Shown: positions 39,101-50,035 of the stretch, piece by piece
Layout: every line of letters begins with the position of its first letter
Position numbering within the stretch: the stretch's first letter is position 1
Origin: Paragordius varius
Taxonomy: Eukaryota; Animalia; Nematomorpha
Direction: 5' to 3'
Length of the DNA stretch: 64,000 nucleotides
NCBI GenBank assembly: GCA_964247055.1
Contig: OZ176054.1
Location: 11,780,001 to 11,844,000, forward strand
Notes under the pieces: generated by a model
Seen by the model: the letters and a program-made list of their open reading frames with translations, nothing else
Told to the model about the DNA's origin: nothing
The model's database searches: none
Program-made: the position numbers and the translations under genes

Positions 39101-39535
39101 TTGCTGTGCAAATCGAGATCCGCAAGACTCACAAAAATTTGGATGAGTGTGTATCCTTTCATGCCGTCTAAAGTTTGATAAAGTATTAAAACTGGCTTGA
39201 CAATAGGGACAGGTAAAATTAGGTGAGGTATTGCATTCAGAATATGTCATTTGCACGTTCGATACATCAAAACATAGGCGTAAATGGTTTAATAAGCTAT
39301 CTTTGCGACCAAAACGTTTCAAACATATTTCACATACATACGGTTTTGTATGTTTTGCCAAATATTTTAGATTAGTAAGTTCGTAATTCGATGAGTATGG
39401 TGATGAATATTGATTTTTTACTTGATTATGAATAACAGATGGACATTTTACAATGGGTTTTGGATCATATAATTTTATGGATTTTAAATTTGACAAATTT
39501 AGCTTTTCCAAGACCACACTACAATTTTTAATCAT
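33113..39535 (-). CDS. C2H2 zinc-finger protein (~12 fingers, some C2HC or degenerate), interrupted by an antisense LINE; ~621-630 aa if the LINE is spliced out
   Basis: Segments 39535-38479 (or -38452), 34995-34831, 34164-33847 and 33438-33113 join in frame through GT-AG phase-1 junctions (e.g. KTFLQKG|NLAKHMNTH). The sum 1866 nt is divisible by 3 and there are no internal stops. Confidence 0.8.
35009..35072 (+). ncRNA. HDV-like self-cleaving ribozyme (nested double pseudoknot, P4 essentially absent) at the LINE 5' end
   Basis: P1 GGGGUGU(35009-15)/GCACCCU(35043-49) with G1.U wobble; P2 CCG(A)CUCUC(35021-29)/GAGAGCGG(35065-72); P3 ACC/GGU; L3 UCCACGU; P1.1 CC(35034-35)/GG(35050-51); J4/2 ..CCAAC. 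Manual pairing only. Confidence 0.85.
35431..38457 (+). CDS. LINE ORF: apurinic endonuclease + reverse transcriptase with an embedded PHD-type zinc finger
   Basis: APE motifs ATWNVGSL, CCLQET, VYAP, AGDMNGHVG, SQIDYIL; RT motifs YRSIKLL, QFAFR, FLDLEKAFDRV, GLHQGSALSPLLF, YADD, FTYLG; C4HC3 motif inside the RT. Confidence 0.96.
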   Translation: MITTTKMILKRQTFKYATWNVGSLRNKTIDIVEKLKLLQIDVCCLQETRYSGSGNFTAGDYKCFYQGGNKATGGVGILLHEKHCDNILDVLRHNDRIIQIRLVHSNSIINIICVYAPQPGLADSLKQKFWDQLFEIMRKVHDKDLIMIAGDMNGHVGKQGIEYAGIHGGFGYGLLNKEGESVLDFCAMFNLCILNTNFTKPDHKLYTYSSGNAKSQIDYILIPKEKRKICNDTKCYNTDTQHRLVVSTLLFGSNFKSIPIRHHKPKPNIKMLQKPIYADKFMEAVNIDLNESRLTDNNVGQTWDLFKNSLLKNTKAICGMTKGARKRKSNWWWSDEIKPQIKSRNRAFRLWKKTHKEEDRKKYLQLRSEVAKLITKLKHENSIKIAESLEKDAKNFKIFNRMKLSNENKKDIPKTKYIKDKNGNIQTNHSEVIKIWEDYTKDLLNTTNPYHIPSMNINNKHSILEFSLADVENALKKMKNNKSSGPTQLSSDIIKKSGKTGLQYLTNLFNLIIRYQTIPPDWEESITIPIYKNKGSQLECSSYRSIKLLEHALKIFEVVLENKLRNQVTLSSSQFAFRPSHSTTDAIFVLKRIQDNYLLKNKKLYHLFLDLEKAFDRVPRSLIPWALKVNNVDEQLIQAIMLLYQNSKTFVRTPMGDSDSFEIKVGLHQGSALSPLLFITILDAVTRDIRLNLPYESIYADDIVLTATSISDLEKMFIQWQQQLTKFGFKINENKSKILITGEPHNEIKYPCGVCGLNVGFDSILCSACKKWCHKKCTNIIGKLSEQINFKCESCVQHSPPPSIKHIVLSNSSFEVVTEFTYLGDKITSDSSNNSAINARINRTWGKYHQLKYILKQKHISIKTKGLIDKMGIRPVLTYATETMALTQTQEKRFISAENRILRLMSTQLNPQDIRNHIQMEPIDKFIQFKRMRYYGHLDRMNPDNPIRTSFDIIPPGNNKPGRPRLTWTKKIDLDFQQLKLLKTDCIDKELFHKKLDSLRWCTIKAYC

Positions 39536-39723
39536 TTGTTAATCTGCATGATAGGGAATAAGGTGTTTTTAAAACATGCGGCTAAAATGGACTTTTAACT
39601 AAAAGCTTTAAATTAAAAAAAACGACGTAATAACGCCGCTTAAAATGGAGTTCACAAAAGTTTTATACCATATATATAAAAAACATTTAATTTGTTTTAT
39701 AGTTTGGGCTTATGAGCCAATAA

Positions 39724-40297
39724 CACTTGGATACAACACACTCATTTTAGTCATTCGATTCAAATTGGGGTAGTTGGATACCCCAGGCCTGTTTAAAATC
39801 AACTACTTTAAAAAGTATGGAAGGAATCGAAACCATGGCAAAATTTTGCACTTTAACATTGATAAACCGAAATATATAAAAAATTTTATTCAAAAATACT
39901 TGATATTACTTATTTTAAGCTAAAACCGAAAGGTAAAAATTTCGTCAACGTGCCATGTGATTGTAAAATTAAAGAATAATACAAAATAAACCGCTTTTTC
40001 TATTTCTGTCAATGTTAGATGTGATTTATATAAAAAATTAGCTTTAGTTTTACCCTTAAAATTAAATAAAGGCGATTTTTGCAAAAATTTTGTAAAATAA
40101 AAATGGCGTTGAAGTAGTTTGAGATGGAACTTTTTTTTCAAAACAAAATTTTATCAAGATATTATGGCATATTTATGTACTTTTTATAAGGATAGAAGCA
40201 TAAATTTAAATTGGGGCTGTTTCCTTAAGTAATTTTTTAATAATATTAATTTAAATTTAGTCTGAGGTATTTAGATACCCCAATTTGCATCGAAGTG
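39724..40297. mobile_element. MITE family C copy, in reverse orientation to 41377
   Basis: ataa|CACTTGGATACAACACACTCATTTTAGTCATTCGATTCAAATTGGGG ... CCCCAATTTGCATCGAAGTG|ttaa. Confidence 0.85.
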
Positions 40298-40599
40298 TTA
40301 ACATAAGTCTATATTGTATAAAAAGAATGAAATTGACATAATGTAAAAAAATTGCTATAAGACTTTAGGCTGATATTTAACACGTATGTACATTAGATAA
40401 TTATAATATTTATATACAAATAATGCTTACAATCTTACTCTTTAGTGTATCATGACCCAATCCCTGTAAATATATTTTATAAAATATGGTATTAAAGCTA
40501 CTTTAAAAACACTTGGGGAAAATAATACGGAATTTTAAAATCGCCAAATATTATAATGATCGATATTTGATAAGTCTATACCTTTTATTTTGTTGTCCT

Positions 40600-41370
40600 A
40601 GTGTATTTGGGGTAGTTTTGTATCCGAGAATTCAATTTTGTAAATAAACTAATGTTTTGAATATTTTAGTTAAAATTTAATTATCAAACATTGTTCTAAT
40701 GCATTATATATTTACAGTTTTTTAAATTAAAGAACAGCTGGAACTCAAAAGTTAATTTTTAATCAATAATTATCAAGTTTTTTCTGGTAAAATGCAAACT
40801 GAAAGCATACTTAAGTAATTATTTACATTTTAAAACCATATTATACATTAATTTGCCTATTGTATTAGCGATTTAAGAAAATTTAAAGAAAAAAATGGCG
40901 GCAAAAATTAAGATGAGGAATTTTTTTCTAATTTTATAGTTTAATAAAAATGCATTATGCGCCTTAAAAGGCTAAAAAAGCATATTTTTAAATTTGGCTA
41001 ACACCTTAATTAAATACTCTTTATACTCAAATTTAAAATAGTTTCTGGATAAAAAAACTACCACAAAAGGTTGTGGAGTGTTAATCTTAAAATTTAAACA
41101 ACATTAAATGGTTGGGCTAAATTAAATTTCCCAATTTATTTCTATAATTATTGACAAATATATTTGAGACTCCAGAAACTTTAGGGAGTTTTATATCCAA
41201 AGCGATTTGATTACTAAAAATAAAGGTACCAAGCCGAATTAAAAATAAGCTTTTTAAAAAAATTTAAGAAATTGTCAAAAAATCCTCATCTCAATTCGCC
41301 GCCAATTTTTGAATAATTTTTTTAAATAGCTAAAACAAAATAAATGTATATTATGGTTTTTAATAATTAG
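40600..41370. repeat. Cluster of another interspersed AT-rich repeat, related to about 16560-16740 and 43190-43560
   Basis: Shared motifs AAAAAATGGCGGC.AAAA, GTATTAGCG.TTTAA and AAACTACC(C)CAAAAGG; the 41200-41370 segment is inverted; boundaries approximate. Confidence 0.55.
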
Positions 41371-41376
41371 CTTTAA

Positions 41377-41958
41377 CACTTCGATTCAAATTGGGGTATC
41401 CAAATACCCCAGACTAAATTTGAGTGAGAATTTTTAAAAAACTACTGATGGAAACGGTCCCAATTTAAATTTATGCTCTTATCGTAATAGATATTATATA
41501 AATATGCCAAAATATCTATAGAAAATTTTGTTTTGACAAAAAAGTTTCATGTCAAACTACTTCGACGCCATTTTTATTTTACAAAAATTTTGAAAAATAT
41601 CATCTTCATTTAATTTTAAGGGTAAAACTAAAGCTTATTTTTCATATAAATTACATCTAACATTGATAGAAATAGAAAAAGCGGTTTATTTTCTATTATT
41701 TTTTAATTTTACAATTTGAAACATGTCACGTTGACAAAATTTTTACCTTTCAGTTTTAGCTCAAAATAAGTAATATCAAGTATTTTTGAATAAAATTTTT
41801 TATATATTTCGGTTTATTAATGTTATATAAGTGCAAAATTTTGCCATGGTTTCGATTGCTTCCATACTTTGTTAAGTATTTGATTTTAAACAGGCCTGGG
41901 GTATCCAACTACCCCAATTTGAATCGAAGGACTAAAATGAGTGTGTTGTATCTAAGTG
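41377..41958. mobile_element. 582-bp MITE family C with TTAA on both sides (piggyBac-type target)
   Basis: ttaa|CACTTCGATTCAAATTGGGGTATCCAAATACCCCAG ... CTGGGGTATCCAACTACCCCAATTTGAATCGAAGG..TAAGTG|ttaa. Confidence 0.88.
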
Positions 41959-42678
41959 TTAAAAAGCTATCAGGCTGTATTTTACCAGCAAAAAGTATAT
42001 GTATTTTGATTATAAGATCAGATGTTCGTTTTAATTGTGTTTTGGAGCGTCCTAATTCTAGACTTTAGAACTCATTTACGTAAAAATATCATATTTTTTA
42101 CATATACATGTGAACAATGTTTGATAATTAAAATAAACTACTCTATAAAACTACCCCAATATATCAACTTGGAGAAAAAGAAGGCCATAAAGGGTTAGTT
42201 TTGAAATAAAAATATTAATATAATAGTTTCATGTATAAAATTTTCATCATAACTAAAATTTTATTATATTTTGAATCTTATAAGTAAAGATTTAATATTG
42301 GGACCGTTCTTTTTAAATGTTTTTTTGAAATCAATTCAAAGCTCGCCGGCGGTAAAGAGTTAATTTGATTCGAGTTATGAATACAATTCTCTTTTTGCCC
42401 GAACTATAAATTACACAGAGCAGAAAATAAGGGGTAAAAAATATCCAATAAAATATATATAATAATTAATATTTCATTCTCATACATTTGGGCTTATTTG
42501 CTCCAGATCGAATGCATTAGCATGCATGTGCTAAATTTGTCGGCTATCCGTTTTCGATGATATATTATCAACTATAACTAAGAAACAGAAAATGAATAGA
42601 TTTTTATTTTGGGACTGTCAAAAGTAATTTTTTGGATTGGCTAGTTTTCTTACACAATACTCAAAAAATCTATATATA

Positions 42679-42967
42679 CAGTAAAAATTGAAATTATACG
42701 GATAAAACGTAAAAATATAAAGACAAATTTTTTTCCAAAAGACAACCCTACTTTTTTTTCATACCTTAATTTATCCTATTAAAATCATTTAATAACAATC
42801 GTAAAATATGTTATAGATTATATTACCAATATACATCTCTATTTTATACTTTTGAGTTTAAAAAAATGAGTTGTCTTTGAAAAAATTAAGATTTAAAAAG
42901 TATGGTTATCTTTTGAAAATTTTTTTTATATTTTTACATTTTGTTCGTATAATTTCAATTTTTATTT
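42679..42967. mobile_element. MITE family A copy
   Basis: ta|CAGTAAAAATTGAAATTATACGG...; right end eroded into a TA run. Confidence 0.75.
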
Positions 42968-43850
42968 TATATATATATATATATTCCGAGAGGCAAATGT
43001 ATCAGAATTCTCATGGTGCTTATTGTTTTGAGCCTTAGGTACGTGTAATATAATAAAATATTTACCTTTTATGGTAGAACCATAGAAAAATCGCAAAATT
43101 TCCGCACAGTTTGCTAAATTAATATTTTTTGGAAAAAGCTGTATAAATCATTAACAAACTTTGTTATCCTATATTAAATAAAAAAACTTAAAATGTTTAC
43201 AGTTTTGTAATTTCTAGGCTTTAAAATTGGGACAGCTTTACATGATTGAACTAAACAGCTGATTTAAAAAGAAAATGATCAAGTTTTTGTTGGTAAACGC
43301 AAGCCGGCAACTTACTTAAGTTAATTTTCTAATAATATACATTTATATCCTTATTGTATTAGCGTTTTAAATAATTAAAAGAAAAAAATGGCGGCGAAAA
43401 GGTGTCAATTTTAAATATTTAAAATTCATATTACGTGCCTAAAATCATATTTTTAAATTAGGCCTAAAACCTTAGATACTTTATATTCGACTCTTCGCTC
43501 TGGGATATTAAACTACCCCAAAAGGTCACTGCGTATTATAAAAATTTATAGTAGAATCTTTTACGGTTAAAAAAACCAGTTCATTTCAGAAAAGTCCAAA
43601 AATTTGAAACTTCGGAGCCAACATCTAAAATTTAATGAAACGATTGTTTTGTTTTTGATATAGGTTTGTGTTATATTTTAGCGATATTTAGAATAAATTT
43701 ATTTGCTTTCACTCAAAAGATTTATATAGAAAAATGTAAGCAAATTTGCGAATTTTCGATATGAACTAATTATCACAAAAGTGCAAATATTTTATACACT
43801 CGTTCGTAAGGACCGATTACCATAAAAAATATGTAATATACATATATATA

Positions 43851-45790
43851 CCATATACAGTTCAAAATTACCCTTAAACAATTCAAATTCACCCCTGAAC
43901 AATTCAAATTCACCCTTCAATTCAAATTCCCTTGAACAAAAAACTTATATTGAGCTTCATATTATCAAATTTAAAGGGAAAATACTTTGGGGATTATTTT
44001 GCTATATCTTAATATTTTTTTTAATGGTTTATTAATAAAATGCAAAGTGGAAATACCTACATTTAATAGAAGATTTCATAATTTTTTTGTTTTTTTGATC
44101 AAGATTATAATACAAACATTAAACCAATTATTAGCCATAAATCATTTAATATATTTATAATAAAATATATACTGTTAAAAAAATAATTATTGGTGCTAAG
44201 TACGTCCCTCTGCAGCATTTACAATATGGTTAACATAATCGGAAAAGCCTTTAACATCTGATGCTGTTAACTGTTGGCATCCATAGACTAAATCTTTTAA
44301 TGAAACATTACTTTCATTATTATTAATTGAGGAGCAGACATAAGATTTCATTTTGGAAAACGCGTTTTCAATTGGGTTGAGCATGTAACTGTATGGATCC
44401 AAAAATGAAATATTGTAGTGGTATCCATCAGCTATGTTGTTTAATACTTCCCTTTTGTGAATCTTTGCATTATCCATAAAAAAATGAATTTCTTCTAAAT
44501 TCGAAGAGGTGAGATATTCACATAAATCTCTAAAAAAATAGAAAATATGTCTCCATTTACATTCCTTTCACATTATATTCTATAAAATACAATTCGCTGG
44601 GACACAATGCGATAAGGGTTATGCGTCTTCCTTTTATGTTGTTGGGTATCAATTATAATAATCATTGTTATGAGTTACAAAAAATATTAAGTGTAGATCG
44701 CAAGGTAGAAAGAGATATGAAAAGATTACTAATCGCAGTGTAACCATAGTCTAAAAATAATTAGCGAAAACCCCTTAATCACTCTAAAATAGCTCAAATT
44801 ACTTTTAAACATGAATGCGATTTTCGCATTTCTTGCTGTACCCAAAATATTATCCAACAAATAGCTATAACATTAAAAAAACTCATACTACCGTGATTAA
44901 CAAAATAAATGATCCTAATACAATAAGAAAAAGAAAAGAATATGCCATTTGGCTTAACGAAACGTTTGTTGTGATACAACAAAAGTGGTTTTCATCGATG
45001 ATTGTGGTTTCCACAACCACCTTAGGCGAAATTTTGGAAGATCTAAACGTGGTACAAGAGCCAAACATAAAAGGAAGACACATAACCCTTATCGCAGCTA
45101 TTGGGTCCCAGGGAATCGTATTTCATAGAATATAATGTGATAGGAATGTAAATGGAGACATATTTTTTAATTTTATCAAAGATTTATGGGAATATCATAC
45201 CTCTTCGAATTTAGAAGAAATTCATTTAACAATGAATAATGCAAAGATTCACAAAAGGGAAGTTTTAAACAACATAGCTGATGAATACCACTACAATATT
45301 TCATTTTTGGGTCCATACAGTTACATGCTCAACCCAATTAAAAACGCGTTTTCCAAAATGAAATCTTATGTCTGCTCCTCAATTAATAATAATGAAAGTA
45401 ATGTATCATTAAAAGATTTAGTTAGCTATGGATGCCAACAGTTAACAGCATCGGATGGAGGGACGTGCTTATGTGCACCAATATTTTTTTAACACTATCT
45501 TAATTATAAATATATTAATAAATGATTTATGGCTAATAATTGTTTTAATGTTTGTATTCTAATCTTGGAACATCAATAAAACAAAACAATTATGAACTAT
45601 TAAATGTAGGTATTTCCACTTTGCATTTAATTAATAAACCATTAAAAAAATATTAAGATATAGCAAAATAATCCCTAAAATATTTCCCTTTTAAATTGAT
45701 AATATGAAGCTCAAAATAAGCATTTTGTTCAAGAGTGAATTTGAAATGTTCAGGGAAAATTGTTTGTGGGTGAATTTGAACTGTGAATGG
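43851..45790. mobile_element. Palindromic IS630-Tc1-mariner (DD34E) derivative: two inverted ~750-bp arms, each with the transposase 3' half; non-autonomous
   Basis: ta|CCATATACAGTTCAAAATT ... AATTTGAACTGTGAATGG|ta. Arms 43851-44641 and about 45065-45790. The minus arm reads DNAKIH-x-PYSYMLNPIE (D34E spacing); the plus copy reads VFIDDCGF..GRSKRG, then NNAKIH..NPIKN, with frameshifts. Confidence 0.88.
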
Positions 45791-45794
45791 TAAA

Positions 45795-46089
45795 TAATTG
45801 ACAGTATAAATTCACCCTCTAACAAATCAAATTCACCCTAAAATAAATTATGTTTTTTAAGATTAATAATTACCTATATTTTTTTAATTTTTAAAAATGA
45901 AATTTCGTTTAATTAATATAATACTGAAAAAATAATAAACTATGCCATAAGAATATATTTCTTATTAATGATGAGTTAAAGCCCGAAAACACATAATTTA
46001 TTTTTAGGGTTTTGAATTGTTAAAGGGTATTTTTGAAGTGTACGAAGGTGAATTTGAATTGTTTAAGGGTGAATTTGAATTGTAAATGG
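45795..46089. mobile_element. MITE family T copy abutting the palindromic element
   Basis: Reverse-oriented match to 9616-9881; ends GAATTTGAATTGTAAATGG|ta. Confidence 0.78.
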
Positions 46090-46742
46090 TATATATATCA
46101 TTAGAATATTTTTTTACCCTCCTGTGTGCATTTAAAGCAACAAAGCTAGGATTGGCAATAAATTTTTTTTAAAAAAAGCACGAGTTCGACATAAAAAAAA
46201 CTTAAATTTTGGCTTATGTTTAAGAATATTTTATAAAGCATTTTTATAATGCATTAATTACTAATAATATAACAATCGACATTGAATGATTATAACTAGA
46301 GACTTTTATAATCGGAAAAGGGCATATTAGATAATTAGTTTATAATGCTGTTAAGGCTTACTATTAATCGGTGTGTTAATTTATTAGATGTTATCTTTTT
46401 AATAATATAAACAAGTTTCAAAGGTTAATGCTTATTTTGCAATGTTCTAGTTTAAAAGTTGTAAGTGGCGGTTAAAAAGATGTCTGTTATTTTTTATAGC
46501 CATTTCACATCTTTTAAATATAATTGAGTTTAAGTCCAAATTTAAATAAAAAATTAATAACAAATTTAATTTGCACAAATTTATTCATTTATAATGTGTA
46601 TATATACACACATCTATTAACATGGCAAATATTTAAGGTATTATATAATTAATTATGAAAATGTTTGCACTAATTAAAGATGTATTATTTTTATATACAA
46701 ATATCCCATTTGAGTTTAAAAAAATCAATTCTTTAAACAAAA

Positions 46743-48827
46743 CTAATCATCATTGAATTGAACTGAATTCACAGACATTGTTATGGTTCCTCCATAGGAA
46801 CCGCGTTTTTTCTTCGTTTTTTCATGCTTAAAACTTTTACCCTTGGTAAATTTCAGCACATCATTAGCACGTTGTCCAAAGAGATCCCCGTGCTATAGAT
46901 GAGATATAACAAGAAAACGATATTATAAAACGAGAAATCTATTTTACAAGAATAATTTTGTTATTCCAAAAAGTGCATATAATTTAATTTACCTTGGCTT
47001 CAAATGAATTATCAGTTAATTTGGGGTCCACATACACCTCGCCATATGTATCAATTCTTCTAAATGGTTTCTTAGGCTCCAACTAAAATAAATAAAATAT
47101 TGTATAAAATGTGTAAAAAAATTTAGAAAAACCAAGCTACTATTACAAAATTACATTAAATTTGTTATTTTTTGTGTTTATCAAAAAATAATATCATAGT
47201 AAATATTTATGTTACTCTAAGTAGATTTTATTGGTTAAAATATTAAATATTTTAAAATTATATGGTAATCATTAAATATAGTATGACATACATTTGAATT
47301 ATATACAATTCCATTCGTTTCATGGTTGTTGGAGTTTACACCATTGGATTTATATTGATCAATATTTTTATTTTTATTGTTGGGATAATTATTCGAGAAA
47401 CCATTTAATTGATGATAATTGGAATTATATTCAGCGTTGCCGTTCATATGATTCACAAGATGCCCATTTTGAGTTGCAACTTCACCATTAACATCTTGCA
47501 TTTCTGAGTTCGATTCCGTTTGGGTCGCAAATTTTTTCTTTTTCTTTTTTTTCTTTTCACTACTTTGAGGGACTTGTACGATATCAGTATTTGCATTTAT
47601 AGGTGCATTATCAGTAATAAGATTATGGCTGTGATGTTCAACATTACCATTCTCAACAATAATGGTATTGGTTTGTAGTGGAATTTCAAGTTTAACTTTT
47701 TTGGACTTTTTCTTGGGAACAACTGTATCAATTATGTCCACAGCATTTGTTGTTGAGGATGATATTGTTTTAATTGGTGAAATATTCTTTTCTATGTTTT
47801 CGATTTTTTTGGGGGTAGGAGACAGTTTAACTTGATCTAGTATAAAATATTTTAATTAAAAATCATTAGTAAATAAATATAGGGGCTAGTCCCTTTTAAA
47901 TGTGGCTAAATAATATATAGTCAGTGGCGTTACTTTAATAAAGTGAATAAAAGTTTTGAATTTACGTTAATTTATATATCATAAAAATATAAATGAGTTT
48001 AAACAAAAAAACATAATATACCAATATTGTTTGTCGGATTTTTTCCGTTGGATGAAACCGTCTGCTTTTCTTTATTCTTTCTGGATGTTTTGGAAGAATT
48101 TTCATTTTGAGTTTGTGGTTTGTCAGAGTTAGTAATTTTATCTAATTTAATGAAACATTTTGTCATTTCGGCTTTCATGACATCCTTTATGGTCTGAAGA
48201 GTATGGGCTGAATCTTCTTTTGGCAATGTCGGCTGCTCAACCTTTTTCTTTTTATCTTTTGAACTAACCGGTAATTGATTAGTGTTTAAATTCTCATTAG
48301 CAGGATCAACTTGAGATTTTACCGTTGCCACAACTTTACTAATACTTTCTTCATATTTTTTACACCTCAATTGCTCTTGCAGTAAATCGGCCTCGGATTT
48401 TATCGGAACATCTTTTACCGGAGATTTTTGAGGCTGTATTGTTTGTGATAATGGTACTTCAGTGATTGGGGTTACTTGCTCGGCTTTGATATATTTATTG
48501 ACCGATTGTGCAAGTGCAGTAACTAAAGTGTTTAAACTTTTATCTGATTGTGGAGTATTTGGGTTTTTAATGGTTGTATGTGTTTGAAGTGTCACAGCTC
48601 TAGGTATCAGTCCATTTAATTTATTTGTATTTGATTGAATGGGTTTATTTTTGTAATTCGTCTTCCAAAAATCATACAAATCTTCAAGTGTTATTTTATC
48701 AACAATAGAATCATCCTAAAATTTTATAAATTCTTACGATAAATATATGTTCAGAAAATGTTTGAGCTGCTTCAGGAGCATGGTACTTCAAATAATTATA
48801 AACAATTTTATGTAGTTTTTTACCCAT
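46743..48827 (-). CDS. NOLC1: Nucleolar and coiled-body phosphoprotein 1 (Nopp140/SRP40 family), 5 exons
   Basis: LisH-like N-terminus (LHKIVYNYLK..|..LEDLYDFWK, 22-nt intron 48716-48737) and SRP40_C domain: KKPFRRI..VDPKLTDNSFEAK|HGDLFGQRANDVLKFTKGKSFKHEKTKKKRGSYGG..VNSVQFNDD*. Confidence 0.92.
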
Positions 48828-49501
48828 GTTGTAAAGTAGCGACAAGCGCAAAAATGTGCAGGCGTAAAAATTTGTAAATTTATTATTTTCTTTTATGTAA
48901 TTATCATTCAGATCAAAATTTTTATTATTCTATGATAAAAATGTAGACCTTCTTTGACTAAATTGTTATTCGGCTTTAGTTTTCCCAGAAGGTTTCGAAA
49001 AATATTTAATGTATTGAAGATATTGGGTAGATTTTAAACAATAATTAATTAGCCTTTTGTGCACATGAGGAAAAAATTGAAAAACTATTTATTATTTTTG
49101 ATACAATTATTATGAGTATAGTTTTCAAATTAGACAAACAGGTAGGAAAATTTTATCGGTATTATAAGATTCACATGAGATAGAATAAATGTTTTTTGTG
49201 GCCCTTTATAATTTTTTGGTGATTACTACTGTTGTAAATCTTCTTCTCATTTTTTTTCGTCACCATTTTTTTGTGTTTTTTGATACTTGAATAAAACACA
49301 TTCATTTTTCTTCGAAACAAATTTGTGGCGTTACATACCCCGTTTAAAATTAATACTTCAAAAATTATGAATTAAAACGATGGCATTGGAATTATATAAC
49401 AATAATGAGCTAATGTAAAATAAAAAATCTTCTAAGAATATTTAACTTATTACAAAAACTAAAGATAAATTAGTCAACTTGACAGTGCATTAGCCTAATT
49501 A

Positions 49502-50035
49502 CCATTTCGATTCCAATTGGATATTAAATACCCCAGACAATATGTAAGTTGATATTTTAAAAAAACTAAAGAAGCCGCTCCACTTTAATTTATGCTTTAA
49601 TTTAATAAAAATTATATAAATAAGACATATTTAAATATAATTTAGTTTTGAAAAAAAATCCTCTATGAAACTACTTCGACTCTACAACATTATTGTAAAA
49701 TATCGTGTTTATTCGATTCTAAGCCTAAAATTACGTTTACTTTTTTATTAAAAGCACACAATATAATCAGAAAAAGTGGTATATTTTGCATTATCTTATA
49801 TGTTTATGTACACATGTCATATTGTCTAAATTTTTACCTTTGGGATTTACCTTTGAATAAGTAAGATCAGGTATTTTTCAACGAATTTTTTTATACGGTT
49901 CATTAAAGTTATAGAGTGCAAACATTTGCCGTCCTAATTTGTTCCATATTTTTAAAATTTTTTAATTTTAAACAAGTCTGGGGTATCTAACTCTTAATTT
50001 GAATCGAAGGGTTGAAATGAATGTGTATCCAAGTG
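49502..50035. mobile_element. Degenerate MITE family C copy
   Basis: Right end TTTGAATCGAAGG..GTATCCAAGTG|ttaa; left end eroded. Confidence 0.7.
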
